From sequence record CP132210.1: a stretch of DNA of 64,000 bases. One strand, 5' to 3'. This document shows, piece after piece, positions 9,595-18,657 of this stretch. The notes beneath the pieces are model-generated. The model saw nothing but the letters and a program-made list of their open reading frames with translations. It ran no database searches and was not told where the DNA came from. Made by a program: the position numbers and the translations under genes. Source of the DNA: a plasmid. Position 1 is the stretch's first letter. Each line of letters starts with the position of its first letter.

Positions 9595-9671
9595 GAACCA
9601 CTTTAAACCCATCGGGGCCATTACTTCCCGATTGGGACGGTAGTGGCCTCTCAACCGAAAGGAGAGAGTTC

Positions 9672-11297
9672 ATGGCTACTATCGTAAACACCAAGTTAGG
9701 AGAACATCGAGGCAAGAAGCGCGTCTGGCTGGAAGGCCAAAAGCTGCTGCGTGAGGGGTACTATCCTGGCATGAAGTACGATCTGGAGTTGAAAGATTCC
9801 CAGGTTGTGCTTCGCGTCAAAGAGGAAGGTAAATTCACAATCAGTAAGCGTGAGCGCAATGGCCGAGTGTCTCCAATCATCGATCTGACCGCGCAAGAGC
9901 TCGCTACCGTTTTTGACGGTGTTGAGATGCTCCGCGTGTTCATTCGGAATGGCGCAATTGTAATCTCCGCTCATCATCAACAAGAGCGAGTGATCGAGCG
10001 CGTCAACCGGCTTATCAGCAAGCTGGAGAATGGAGAATCGCTTTCGGTATGCAGCCTCTTTCATGGGGGTGGGGTGCTTGATAAAGCGATTCACGCCGGT
10101 TTTCACAAATCGGGAATTGCCAGCGCCATATCAGTGGCCGTAGAGATGGAGGGTAAATACCTCGATTCGTCTTTGGCAAATAACCCGGAGCTTTGGAACG
10201 AAGATTCAATTGTTATCGAATCGCCAATCCAGGCTGTGAATCTCAGCAAGCGGCCACCGCAGGTGGATGTTTTGATGGGGGGGATACCATGTACTGGCGC
10301 ATCAAAGTCAGGTCGCAGTAAGAACAAATTGGAGTTTGCCGAATCGCATGAGGAGGCCGGGTCCATGTTCTTTAACTTCCTGCAATTCGTAGAAGCGCTT
10401 AACCCAGCCGTTGTGCTGATTGAGAACGTGCCTGAGTACCAGAACACTGCTTCGATGGAAGTGATCCGTTCGGTACTCTCTTCGTTGGGTTACTCCCTAC
10501 AAGAGCGCATTCTCGACGGCAATGAGTTTGGGGTGATTGAACGCCGCAAGCGTCTTTGTGTTGTTGCGCTTTCCCACGGGATCGACGGTTTTGAACTTGA
10601 AAAGGTTCAGCCTGTTCGTACCAAGGAAAGCCGCATCCAGGACATTCTTGAGCCGGTGCCGCTCGATTCTGAACGTTGGAAGTCATTTGACTATCTGGCT
10701 GAGAAGGAGTTGAGAGACAAAGCTGCTGGCAAGGGATTTTCTCGTCAGCTTCTGACTGGCGACGATGAGTTTTGCGGCACCATAGGGAAGGACTATGCAA
10801 AATGCAGAAGTACCGAACCTTTCATTGTTCATCCGGAACAGCCTGAGTTATCTCGCATTTTTACACCGACAGAACATTGTCGAGTGAAAGGGATACCTGA
10901 GGAACTCATCCAAGGTCTGTCGGACACCGTAGCTCATCAGATTCTCGGGCAATCGGTAGTCTTTCCCGCGTTCGAGGCTTTAGCCCTCGCATTAGGGAAC
11001 AGTCTTTGGAGCTGGGTGGGAATGATGCCAATCATGGTCGAAGTCGTGGATGAATCACAGCCGGTGATCGGTGGTGATGACTTCCATTGGGCAACGGCAT
11101 TGGTTGACGCAAAGGGCACGCTAAAGCTGTCACCGGCAGCTCAAAAACAGGGGATGCCCTTCAACATTATGGACGGTCAATTGGCTGTCTATTCACCTAA
11201 CGGAACCCAAAAGAGCTGCGGCCATAAGCCTTGCGAATATCTTCCGGTAATGATGTCCGGAGACGCAATCATGGTCACTTCATCTTTGGTTCATTAG
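9672..11297 (+). CDS. DNA (cytosine-5) methyltransferase with N- and C-terminal extensions
   Basis: Motif I LFHGGGVL, motif IV GGIPCTGASKSG (catalytic PC), motif VI ENV. AAAGGAGAGAG RBS. Confidence 0.85.
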   Translation: MATIVNTKLGEHRGKKRVWLEGQKLLREGYYPGMKYDLELKDSQVVLRVKEEGKFTISKRERNGRVSPIIDLTAQELATVFDGVEMLRVFIRNGAIVISAHHQQERVIERVNRLISKLENGESLSVCSLFHGGGVLDKAIHAGFHKSGIASAISVAVEMEGKYLDSSLANNPELWNEDSIVIESPIQAVNLSKRPPQVDVLMGGIPCTGASKSGRSKNKLEFAESHEEAGSMFFNFLQFVEALNPAVVLIENVPEYQNTASMEVIRSVLSSLGYSLQERILDGNEFGVIERRKRLCVVALSHGIDGFELEKVQPVRTKESRIQDILEPVPLDSERWKSFDYLAEKELRDKAAGKGFSRQLLTGDDEFCGTIGKDYAKCRSTEPFIVHPEQPELSRIFTPTEHCRVKGIPEELIQGLSDTVAHQILGQSVVFPAFEALALALGNSLWSWVGMMPIMVEVVDESQPVIGGDDFHWATALVDAKGTLKLSPAAQKQGMPFNIMDGQLAVYSPNGTQKSCGHKPCEYLPVMMSGDAIMVTSSLVH

Positions 11298-11357
11298 TAA
11301 CACTCCGGGGCAATGCCGAAAGGCCTTTGCCCCGGCCTATCCGAAAGGGGAGTGATC

Positions 11358-11789
11358 ATGAAAATCGAAACTGTTGTGCCTTTACCTCCCGAGGATTCAG
11401 GCCTTCAACACTGCATTGTCAGGTTCCATAACCGCAATATGGATTCCAAGCGAAAAGACACAGCCCGTTTTTTCAGGAGGGAGCCGGTTATGATCGTAAA
11501 TCCAGAGACCAAAGCAAAGGTTCTCCGATATGCGATGGGCAACCCAGGGAATTTATCCATCACCAAGCTGGCGGTCGCGCTGGATTACGATGCGGTTGAT
11601 GTCCTGGGGGTTCGTTTTAAAGACACTGTAAATCTTGAGGTTCGCAGAGCCAGGCGCTGGGAAGTCTGGCAGTGGTTCTGGAACCATCCGGATCAAAGTG
11701 TTCAACTGTCAATCAAACTGGGCGTGGTTGGCGCTGTGTTAGGAGTCATGGGCTTCTTGACCGGCGTAGCCCCGTTTCTCTTGGGATAA
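11358..11789 (+). CDS. hypothetical protein with C-terminal transmembrane helix
   Basis: RBS GGGGAG. Hydrophobic C-terminus VVGAVLGVMGFLTGVAPFLLG. Confidence 0.5.
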   Translation: MKIETVVPLPPEDSGLQHCIVRFHNRNMDSKRKDTARFFRREPVMIVNPETKAKVLRYAMGNPGNLSITKLAVALDYDAVDVLGVRFKDTVNLEVRRARRWEVWQWFWNHPDQSVQLSIKLGVVGAVLGVMGFLTGVAPFLLG

Positions 11790-11801
11790 ACCAATAAGCC
11801 G

Positions 11802-11839
11802 TTAACGGGCAATGTAAGCCCGGAGACGGCTTACATTGC
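11802..11839 (+). repeat. family A-like 5'-UTR hairpin (perfect 12-bp inverted repeat)
   Basis: GCAATGTAAGCC at 11809-11820 pairs with GGCTTACATTGC at 11828-11839. Confidence 0.6.
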
Positions 11840-11861
11840 TCTCTCGTAAGTGGAGAGTTAA

Positions 11862-12416
11862 ATGAACACATTAGAACAACTTGTAAATCAGAGGGTGCTT
11901 GAGGAAGGCCTGAAAAAGGCGAAGCCATTGGCCGCGCAAATGGGGCTTGAATCAGTGCCTGATGAGATGCTTGAGATGATCTGCCCGAACTTGAACTACT
12001 CTGGGCAATTTACGCCAGCTCTTTACGCAAGGTTCCAAAGCGTAAAGCAATTGCTGAAAGAGCTGTCGGAACAAACCTCACCTAAGCACGGGCATATTGT
12101 AAAGTTTACCAACCAATATGGGAGCTACGATGAGTCAGCTTTGCTGTTCAAAGAGGGCGATGTCAGAAACCAGAACTTGGTTGCTTGTGTGGGCGGGAAA
12201 ACGCTAAACCTCGGAGAGCTAGAGCTTCAAGATTACGGGCTCAATATGCACATCGGTTGCGGTGGGCCATTTGAGCCGGTCTCAGAAGCGCAGATTCAGT
12301 CTTTGTCTGAGTTTGACCTCTATGAGACGACTTACAGGTTCTGGGGCCAGAGTCCATGTGGAAACGGAATGTTAGACATCACCGTACCTATGAAGCGCTG
12401 GTTCTTGACTGTGTAG
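11862..12416 (+). CDS. hypothetical protein
   Basis: GGAGAG RBS, 184 aa. Confidence 0.55.
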   Translation: MNTLEQLVNQRVLEEGLKKAKPLAAQMGLESVPDEMLEMICPNLNYSGQFTPALYARFQSVKQLLKELSEQTSPKHGHIVKFTNQYGSYDESALLFKEGDVRNQNLVACVGGKTLNLGELELQDYGLNMHIGCGGPFEPVSEAQIQSLSEFDLYETTYRFWGQSPCGNGMLDITVPMKRWFLTV

Positions 12417-12419
12417 ATT

Positions 12420-12585
12420 CAATCTGAGTGCGCCGAGAAATCGGCGTACCGTTCCCTTGAGAAGGGTAATCGGCGCAGGGGGAAACCCCGCGCTTTCCCA
12501 AGTTTCTCGGATTCCCAGGATGCTTCGGAAAGTGCCTTAGGCGCTCAAGTGCGGTAGCTGGCTGCCAAAAACAAACAGCAAATTA
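12420..12585 (+). repeat. family B intergenic module 3
   Basis: Terminator-like CAGGGGGAAACCCCGCGCTTTCCC at 12475-12498. Core GCGGTAGCTGGCTGCCAAAAACAAACAGCAA at 12549-12581. Confidence 0.65.
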
Positions 12586-12648
12586 TCAACCCTGACGGGA
12601 GCACCTCCTGTTAGGGGGTCTCCGTCATAAACTGAATGGAGATATAGC

Positions 12649-13035
12649 ATGTCTAAAAACGTCAATGATGTTTTTTCAAACCGATCTTCCTTGGAGTGTA
12701 CTGTGAATGCAGCGCTGGACCGTCGTATTGGTCTGCGTGTCGGGTTCCCTCATTACCGAGAAGGAGCAAACGGTGTGGTTTGTGAGATCGAAGCAGAGTA
12801 CCCATTGCTGAACACTCATTCGGGTGTTGTATGGACTCAGCTCGATGAACTCAACAGTTACACCATCAAAAAAAACCAATCACTCATTGATCACATTGAT
12901 AATGCGATCGCTGAACTGTTGAAACACAAGGCTCGTCTACAGCTTGATATTCAAAAGCTGCGAGACGGTGACATTGATCTGGTGAAACAGGCCAAGCAGC
13001 AATACGAAGACAACCAGATGTCGAGTACCCGCTAG
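12649..13035 (+). CDS. hypothetical protein
   Basis: ATGGAGA RBS. First gene after family B module 3. Confidence 0.55.
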   Translation: MSKNVNDVFSNRSSLECTVNAALDRRIGLRVGFPHYREGANGVVCEIEAEYPLLNTHSGVVWTQLDELNSYTIKKNQSLIDHIDNAIAELLKHKARLQLDIQKLRDGDIDLVKQAKQQYEDNQMSSTR

Positions 13036-13120
13036 TAAGGTCTGATAGCCAGATTCAATTTTAACCCTACCGGGGTGCTTTCCCGGAAGGGATGGGCACC
13101 CTGCTTATCCAGGAGGCCCT

Positions 13121-15574
13121 ATGCAACAAGCATTAAACTTTGACCTACCAGAACAACCAACCCCAGTGCTCTTGCGAGGGGATAAGTGGGACTCTGTTTG
13201 GTCAGAACTGACTGATAACGAGGATTTGAACTTCGTTGATGCCAGTAGAGGAACCAGCTTGTCATCGTTGATCACGTCATCGGTTGAAGCCATTCACACG
13301 GCCTTGAACGATGGGTGGACCATGATGGTCGGCTATTCCAGTGGTAAGGATTCTGAAACGGTTTTGCATCTGTTTCTGATGGCTCTTGTCCGGGCGGTTA
13401 GGAGTGGAGCAACCATCAGCCAACACCACTTCATCTTGCACACTGACACACTGATAGAAAGCCCAGAAGTAAGATGGCTGGCGGATCAGAAACTGGCCGA
13501 GTTGGAGCGTTTCATTGTGAAGGAAAACCTTCCTCTGACCATCGTTCTGGCAAAGCCGGGGATCACGCAGAGTTGGACGGGCCGAATCCTTACGGGGAGG
13601 GGGTTGCCTACATTTTCCAACTCTTCGGCCCGTCAGTGTAGCCAAGAACTCAAAATCACCTCAGCCAAAAGAGCGAAGGCGGCTTATATGCGAGAACTCC
13701 CCAAGGATGTTCGGCAGAAAGTGTGCCTCCTGTTGGGGAGCCGTGATGCTGAAAGCGCTATTCGTGCAGCCAACATTGCAAAGCAGCGAGGAAGCTCAAA
13801 TCGCGTCATTAAGACGAAAGATGGGGGGGAGCTGTATGTGGTGAAAAACTGGTTGGCGAGTGATGTCTGGGAGTTCTTGCTATCTGCTGGCATGGGCTCA
13901 CCATACCCCCTGCCAAGTTACCTAGAGAGCAATGTCACTACGGCAGAGCTCTACAAGGCAGCGACGGGGGAGTGCGTGTGGTCGGCAACAGAGAAAAAGG
14001 CCAGTGATGCGTGTGGTGCTCGCTTCGGTTGCTGGGCCTGCCAAGCTGTAGGGTTGGATAAGTCGATGGAGACATTGCTTGCCACAGACCCTGAAAGGCA
14101 TGGCTACATGTCTGGGCTGAACCGCATCCAGCGCTACCTGGCAAAACGCCGGTACGCTTGGGAAGATCGCCATCCCGTAGGTCGAACGATTTATGAGGGG
14201 GGTTACATCAAAATACAGCCGGACGTTTACAGTCCTGTTTTCCTTGAGCGATTGCTTCATGTCTGTTGCAGCATGGACTACATGGAGCAAAAAAGAGCTG
14301 ATGAGCTTGCTTACAAGCTGGCTACTGGGCAAGCCGAGGATAACGACTGGAACCGTCGAATGGCAGAGCCGCAATTCCGGATCATATCGGAAGAAGCTTT
14401 AGTCCATATCGACTTCATGTGGGCCTTCCATCATTTCAATGATAAGCCTTTCCATGCCCTGGAGATTTACCACAGGGTTTGGTCGATGGGTGATCTGGAT
14501 TTGCTGGAAGATGAGCCGCAGTGCGAAACCGTTCCTCAGTCACCAATTCCGAAACCATTGTGGTTGAGAGTTGGGCGCTGGGGCGATGGTTCGCTGTCTG
14601 ATGGCTTGGCCGACCCGTTAGCGGAAATGGCTTACTTTGACGGCGGGGATGACCCGTTGGCAGTGAAAGTTATCAATACCGCAGATGGAAAGAGAAGGGT
14701 GGTTTGTTTCGCAGAGGATGATGAGGTGAAGGTCGATCCCGACTCCGCTGCATTCATCATCTGGAATGAATACCCGCGACTTAGGGAGTCGGTACTAAAG
14801 GGAAATTATACGCCCGGTAGTGCTGCTCAGTTCTACCTTCGGTTCGGAGCCATCCAGCTTGCGAAAGGAAAAGGCGCTTTGTATCACCGCATGATGCAAA
14901 GAGGTCAAACCTACCACCAGATGGGCCTTACAGGGCTACAGACGATGGAAGGAATCCAACAGCGCAAGGACCTCAAAGTGCTTTGTGATGACAAGTACAA
15001 AGATCTGGTGAAGCGAAAAATCAAGGGAAGACTGGCTACGGTACGCTGGTGGATCAACTTGCACTTAACGTTCAAGTACCACCTGCACCACCGGACTCCG
15101 ACGGGGTTATTCGTCGAGAGGCAACTTGACCAGGAAGCAATGGAAGAGCAGAAACGGCACCAGGAGCGATGGTTTAACTACGTGACTGACGCGATGCTCT
15201 GTTACTCCAGCGCATTCTGTATGAGCGTCATGGAGGGGCGAGAGGGAAGCGGAAACGCCAACATCCGTCGTTACATGGCTGCGACCAGAAGAAAGGCTTA
15301 TACGGCCCTCTGTGAGCTCCTACGCCACACTAACGCCCTCTGGGCGACAGATGTGGCCTTGAGTGCTGTAGGGAAGTATGAGGAGATACAGGCAGCCCTA
15401 ACCGAAGGTTCCGCGCTGGCTACCTACCTCGACTGGATCAACCTACTATCAAAACGTCATCCAGCCTCTTTGAAGCGACATGTCAGAACGATGATCAAAG
15501 TGGTTCAACGACTACATCGCCGCGACGACACAATGTTGCAAAGAGGACAGCAAGGCTTGTCCTTGGCCGCATAA
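13121..15574 (+). CDS. PAPS reductase-family (PP-loop ATP pyrophosphatase fold) protein with large C-terminal extension; DndC/IbrA-like
   Basis: N-terminal PP-loop motif GYSSGKDSETVLHLFL. 817 aa. CAGGAGG RBS. Confidence 0.7.
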   Translation: MQQALNFDLPEQPTPVLLRGDKWDSVWSELTDNEDLNFVDASRGTSLSSLITSSVEAIHTALNDGWTMMVGYSSGKDSETVLHLFLMALVRAVRSGATISQHHFILHTDTLIESPEVRWLADQKLAELERFIVKENLPLTIVLAKPGITQSWTGRILTGRGLPTFSNSSARQCSQELKITSAKRAKAAYMRELPKDVRQKVCLLLGSRDAESAIRAANIAKQRGSSNRVIKTKDGGELYVVKNWLASDVWEFLLSAGMGSPYPLPSYLESNVTTAELYKAATGECVWSATEKKASDACGARFGCWACQAVGLDKSMETLLATDPERHGYMSGLNRIQRYLAKRRYAWEDRHPVGRTIYEGGYIKIQPDVYSPVFLERLLHVCCSMDYMEQKRADELAYKLATGQAEDNDWNRRMAEPQFRIISEEALVHIDFMWAFHHFNDKPFHALEIYHRVWSMGDLDLLEDEPQCETVPQSPIPKPLWLRVGRWGDGSLSDGLADPLAEMAYFDGGDDPLAVKVINTADGKRRVVCFAEDDEVKVDPDSAAFIIWNEYPRLRESVLKGNYTPGSAAQFYLRFGAIQLAKGKGALYHRMMQRGQTYHQMGLTGLQTMEGIQQRKDLKVLCDDKYKDLVKRKIKGRLATVRWWINLHLTFKYHLHHRTPTGLFVERQLDQEAMEEQKRHQERWFNYVTDAMLCYSSAFCMSVMEGREGSGNANIRRYMAATRRKAYTALCELLRHTNALWATDVALSAVGKYEEIQAALTEGSALATYLDWINLLSKRHPASLKRHVRTMIKVVQRLHRRDDTMLQRGQQGLSLAA

Positions 15575-15576
15575 AA

Positions 15577-15718
15577 GGCCCTCCTTCGGGAGGGCTTTTT
15601 CTTTTGCACCCCAAAAGGGCAATTACAGCGTTTTACCCTTTTAAGGTGGCTGTCATACTCTTTGCTCATTGTCAGCGCTTGCTGGCTATAACGGTAGCTG
15701 GCCCAAAACAGCAATAAC
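15577..15718 (+). repeat. family B intergenic module 4
   Basis: Terminator GGCCCTCCTTCGGGAGGGCTTTTT followed by core ACGGTAGCTGGCCCAAAACAGCAA at 15691-15714. Confidence 0.6.
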
Positions 15719-15775
15719 CTAACCCCTCGGGAGGCAACCCTCCTGGGTTCTCTCCCATAACCAAAGGAGAGAAGC

Positions 15776-15979
15776 ATGAGCCTAGACAAGTTAAGTCGGC
15801 TGGTGGACCAACAGCGAAAGACCCAGGATGAAATCAACAACGAAGTCATTCTGGCCGTCAAAGAGGTGTTGTCTACAAATTCCATCAGCTTGGCCCGTGA
15901 GCTTGTTGGGTGTGTCCCGCAAGATCATCCATTCCATCCGTTTTTGCTCGCCATAGCTAAGCAGCTTGACCCGAGATAA
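15776..15979 (+). CDS. hypothetical small protein
   Basis: AAAGGAGAGAAG RBS, 67 aa. First gene after family B module 4. Confidence 0.45.
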   Translation: MSLDKLSRLVDQQRKTQDEINNEVILAVKEVLSTNSISLARELVGCVPQDHPFHPFLLAIAKQLDPR

Positions 15980-15984
15980 CGAAG

Positions 15985-16029
15985 TAACCCAACCGGGTAC
16001 ACCAAGGCCCGGTCGGGTTTGGTGTACCT
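15985..16029 (+). repeat. family A 5'-UTR element with interleaved inverted repeats (A-B-A'-B')
   Basis: AACCCAACCGGG / TACACCAA / CCCGGTCGGGTT / TTGGTGTA, immediately 5' of the RBS of gene 16051. Confidence 0.6.
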
Positions 16030-16050
16030 CCAGCCAATTTAGGAGGCACT

Positions 16051-16656
16051 ATGTCTGATTCAAATTTCGGCTTTCTAGCTCTGGCCTTGCGCCAACGCCT
16101 GATCAAGCGCTGGTCGCTGATGCACTCTGTTCAACCAGAGTCTGTGTTGGAGCACAGCGCTGTTGTTACCTTGCTTTCCTACCTGGCTGGCAATATCGCC
16201 ATTCAGCAAGGGAAGTCGGTGGATCTGGCAATCATGCTGGCTCATGCGTCGTTGCATGATGCAGCCGAGGTTCTTTGTTCGGATGTTGTCACGCCGGTCA
16301 AGAAAGCAAATGCTGTTTTGCAGCGTGAGTTTGAACGACTGGAAAAGGCCGCAGAGGACAAACTTATCCAGACTCTTCCCGAAGAACTCCAGGATGCAGT
16401 TTCCAGAGCCTTTGCTCCCGGTGGCTATGAACAATCACTGGTTAAGGCCTGTGATACCTACTCCGCTTACATCAAGTGCAAACTTGAGGTGGCCGCAGGT
16501 AATGGCATTGAGTTCCAAGATGCTCTCAGCAAAATGGAACGTATTGTTGCTCAGGTGAAATTGGACTTCCCGGAAATCGACGCTCTGGACAAATGGTTTG
16601 GTGACGGACTGGGCCATTCAGTAGATAAATTGCTGGCCGGGGGTAACGATGACTAA
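16051..16656 (+). CDS. YfbR-like HD-domain 5'-deoxynucleotidase
   Basis: Collinear with E. coli YfbR: RWSLM..ESVLEHSAVV..LAHASLHDAAEVL..GD(V)VTPVK. TTAGGAGG RBS. Confidence 0.7.
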   Translation: MSDSNFGFLALALRQRLIKRWSLMHSVQPESVLEHSAVVTLLSYLAGNIAIQQGKSVDLAIMLAHASLHDAAEVLCSDVVTPVKKANAVLQREFERLEKAAEDKLIQTLPEELQDAVSRAFAPGGYEQSLVKACDTYSAYIKCKLEVAAGNGIEFQDALSKMERIVAQVKLDFPEIDALDKWFGDGLGHSVDKLLAGGNDD

Positions 16657-16921
16657 TCCAATCGCTGGCGACATCAAGATTAAGAACTTTGGCCGTGACC
16701 GGAAATTTCGTTCGGTTGATGAGCTTCAAGGCACTTTGTCTGAACAGTACAAAGGTCAGCATGTCAGTGTCGTTTACCCTACAAAGCCTCACGGATTACT
16801 CCGTACCGTCTTTGTCAGTGTTGATGATGCCGGTGGCATAAATGAGACTTACGGAAAGCAGTCTCCAGTCGATTTTAATGCCATCAAAGATGACCTGTTT
16901 GTACCAAGTGTACTGAATTAA
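16649..16921 (+). CDS. hypothetical protein
   Basis: ATG overlaps the stop of the upstream gene (coupled). 90 aa. Confidence 0.45.
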   Translation: MTNPIAGDIKIKNFGRDRKFRSVDELQGTLSEQYKGQHVSVVYPTKPHGLLRTVFVSVDDAGGINETYGKQSPVDFNAIKDDLFVPSVLN

Positions 16922-17000
16922 GCCGCAAGGCTTCTTAACCCCACGGGGGACATCTGTCCCTGAGGGGGGGGTGTCTCCCTCTGAAACTAAGGAGATACCA

Positions 17001-17861
17001 ATGATTAAGCAGCATTTTCAAAACGAACTGGTCAAATGCGGATACCCTGATGACCTGACCATTGAGTACCGTCTTGGGTACTGTCAGGGTGATGGAGTGG
17101 CATTCTACGGATGTTTGGGTGTTGATAATGCTCAGGCGTTGATGAAGCGCTTGTTAAGCACCACAAAGGGGCAAGTAGATGCTGTCAGCAGAGTGAAAAA
17201 CCTGATAGCACAAAAAGACATTGACAATATGTTTCTTGTCCTTCGTGAGTATGCTGAGCTCCAGTTCTGCGAACTGGACATCAACAGAAACAGCTACGGC
17301 CATCATTACAGTCACTGGAACACCATGCGTATTGATAGCAACGTAGACTTCACTGGGATCTTTCCTGATGATGACACCATGCTTGGAACAGGCATCGAAG
17401 GGATTGACCAAGCGATGTTAGAGCGTTGGCAAGGCATCTGGGAGCGTTTCGTGTTGGAACTGTCGGGTGATGTTAAACAGCTTTCCAAGAAGCTCGAATC
17501 CGACGGTTATGCGTTGATAGAAGCCTCGCCACACGAAGAGAAAGTGGTTTGGGAACGGACTACTCAAAATTACTTGGTGCGAGTGACAGAACTCCCTGAA
17601 CGGGATTTCGACATGGACCACTGGGATGACGACATCAGAGACCAAACGATTCGTTCTATCCTGGAGGGAAAAGAGCGAGTGCTTGGCCTACGTGTTGAGG
17701 TGCTCTCTCGTGAAAACGAGATTGTTCTGGGTGAAGAGAGTCTGCACGGTTTGACCGTTGCCAGTGATGACAAGAGCTACGCTGGCTACAGACGAGAACT
17801 CCTCCGGGGCGCTATCCAGCAAACCAGAGATTTTTTCTCTCGCCACCTCAAAGCGGCATAA
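17001..17861 (+). CDS. hypothetical protein
   Basis: TAAGGAGATACCAATG, 286 aa. Confidence 0.55.
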   Translation: MIKQHFQNELVKCGYPDDLTIEYRLGYCQGDGVAFYGCLGVDNAQALMKRLLSTTKGQVDAVSRVKNLIAQKDIDNMFLVLREYAELQFCELDINRNSYGHHYSHWNTMRIDSNVDFTGIFPDDDTMLGTGIEGIDQAMLERWQGIWERFVLELSGDVKQLSKKLESDGYALIEASPHEEKVVWERTTQNYLVRVTELPERDFDMDHWDDDIRDQTIRSILEGKERVLGLRVEVLSRENEIVLGEESLHGLTVASDDKSYAGYRRELLRGAIQQTRDFFSRHLKAA

Positions 17862-17865
17862 CAAA

Positions 17866-18000
17866 GCAGGGGGAAACCCCTGCTTTACTCCCCAAGTCTC
17901 CTTACTCATGGTGAAGCCATCAGTAAGCAGATTTTGTCCTCTCTGAGGGCGAAAACGTGCGATAGCTGGTCGCCAAAAACAAACAGCAAATTAACGTTAA
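17866..18000 (+). repeat. family B intergenic module 5
   Basis: Terminator-like AGCAGGGGGAAACCCCTGCTTT, then a 59-bp core identical to module 1. Confidence 0.7.
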
Positions 18001-18093
18001 AAATCTCGGCTTTGGCCGTGATCTTTCAATAACCCATGCGGGTACACCTCCCCGCACGGGCTAGGTGTACCCATTAACTTTGGAGTACACCTC

Positions 18094-18480
18094 ATGAACC
18101 AAGTAGCTAAATTGGACCTCGCCCAAATCCGTCAACAAGCCATCAATGATGGACTGCTGGTGGACCAATCCTCCATCGGCACACAAGCTGGTTTCCTGAC
18201 CAATGTGGCAGTGACCCCAGCCATTGTCGATGGAGTATTTGGTGCGGATGGTAAGCACTCGGCAGAAGACTTCCTTCTCATGTTTTTGCAGCTTTGTGTT
18301 GCCCAAACAAAGGTCGCTTTTACCGACAACAAGAACTGGGGAAAGATTCGCCTCTATTACCCCATGCCCACTGTAAATGGCTTTTTCAAACCCACTGAGG
18401 TTGTGATTAAGTCAGACCCTGTAACCGCAGATGTCACAATCATGATGGCCTCAGAAGAGGGCACCCATTTGTGTTTGTGA
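18094..18480 (+). CDS. hypothetical protein
   Basis: TTTGGAG RBS. First gene after family B module 5. Confidence 0.5.
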   Translation: MNQVAKLDLAQIRQQAINDGLLVDQSSIGTQAGFLTNVAVTPAIVDGVFGADGKHSAEDFLLMFLQLCVAQTKVAFTDNKNWGKIRLYYPMPTVNGFFKPTEVVIKSDPVTADVTIMMASEEGTHLCL

Positions 18481-18657
18481 TGTTCACAAAATTCGCCTCC
18501 GTCTCGGGGGCGATCTTTTTAAACCCCTCGCCGGGGAGTTCTCCCCGGCTGGGGAGCCTCCTTGGCACATCCTCCCGGTGTCGGGGTTTCCTTAAAACCC
18601 TGGCGACGGGGGTTTAAGGAAGCCTCGATGCTGGGGTTCACGCTAAGGAGAAAACCT

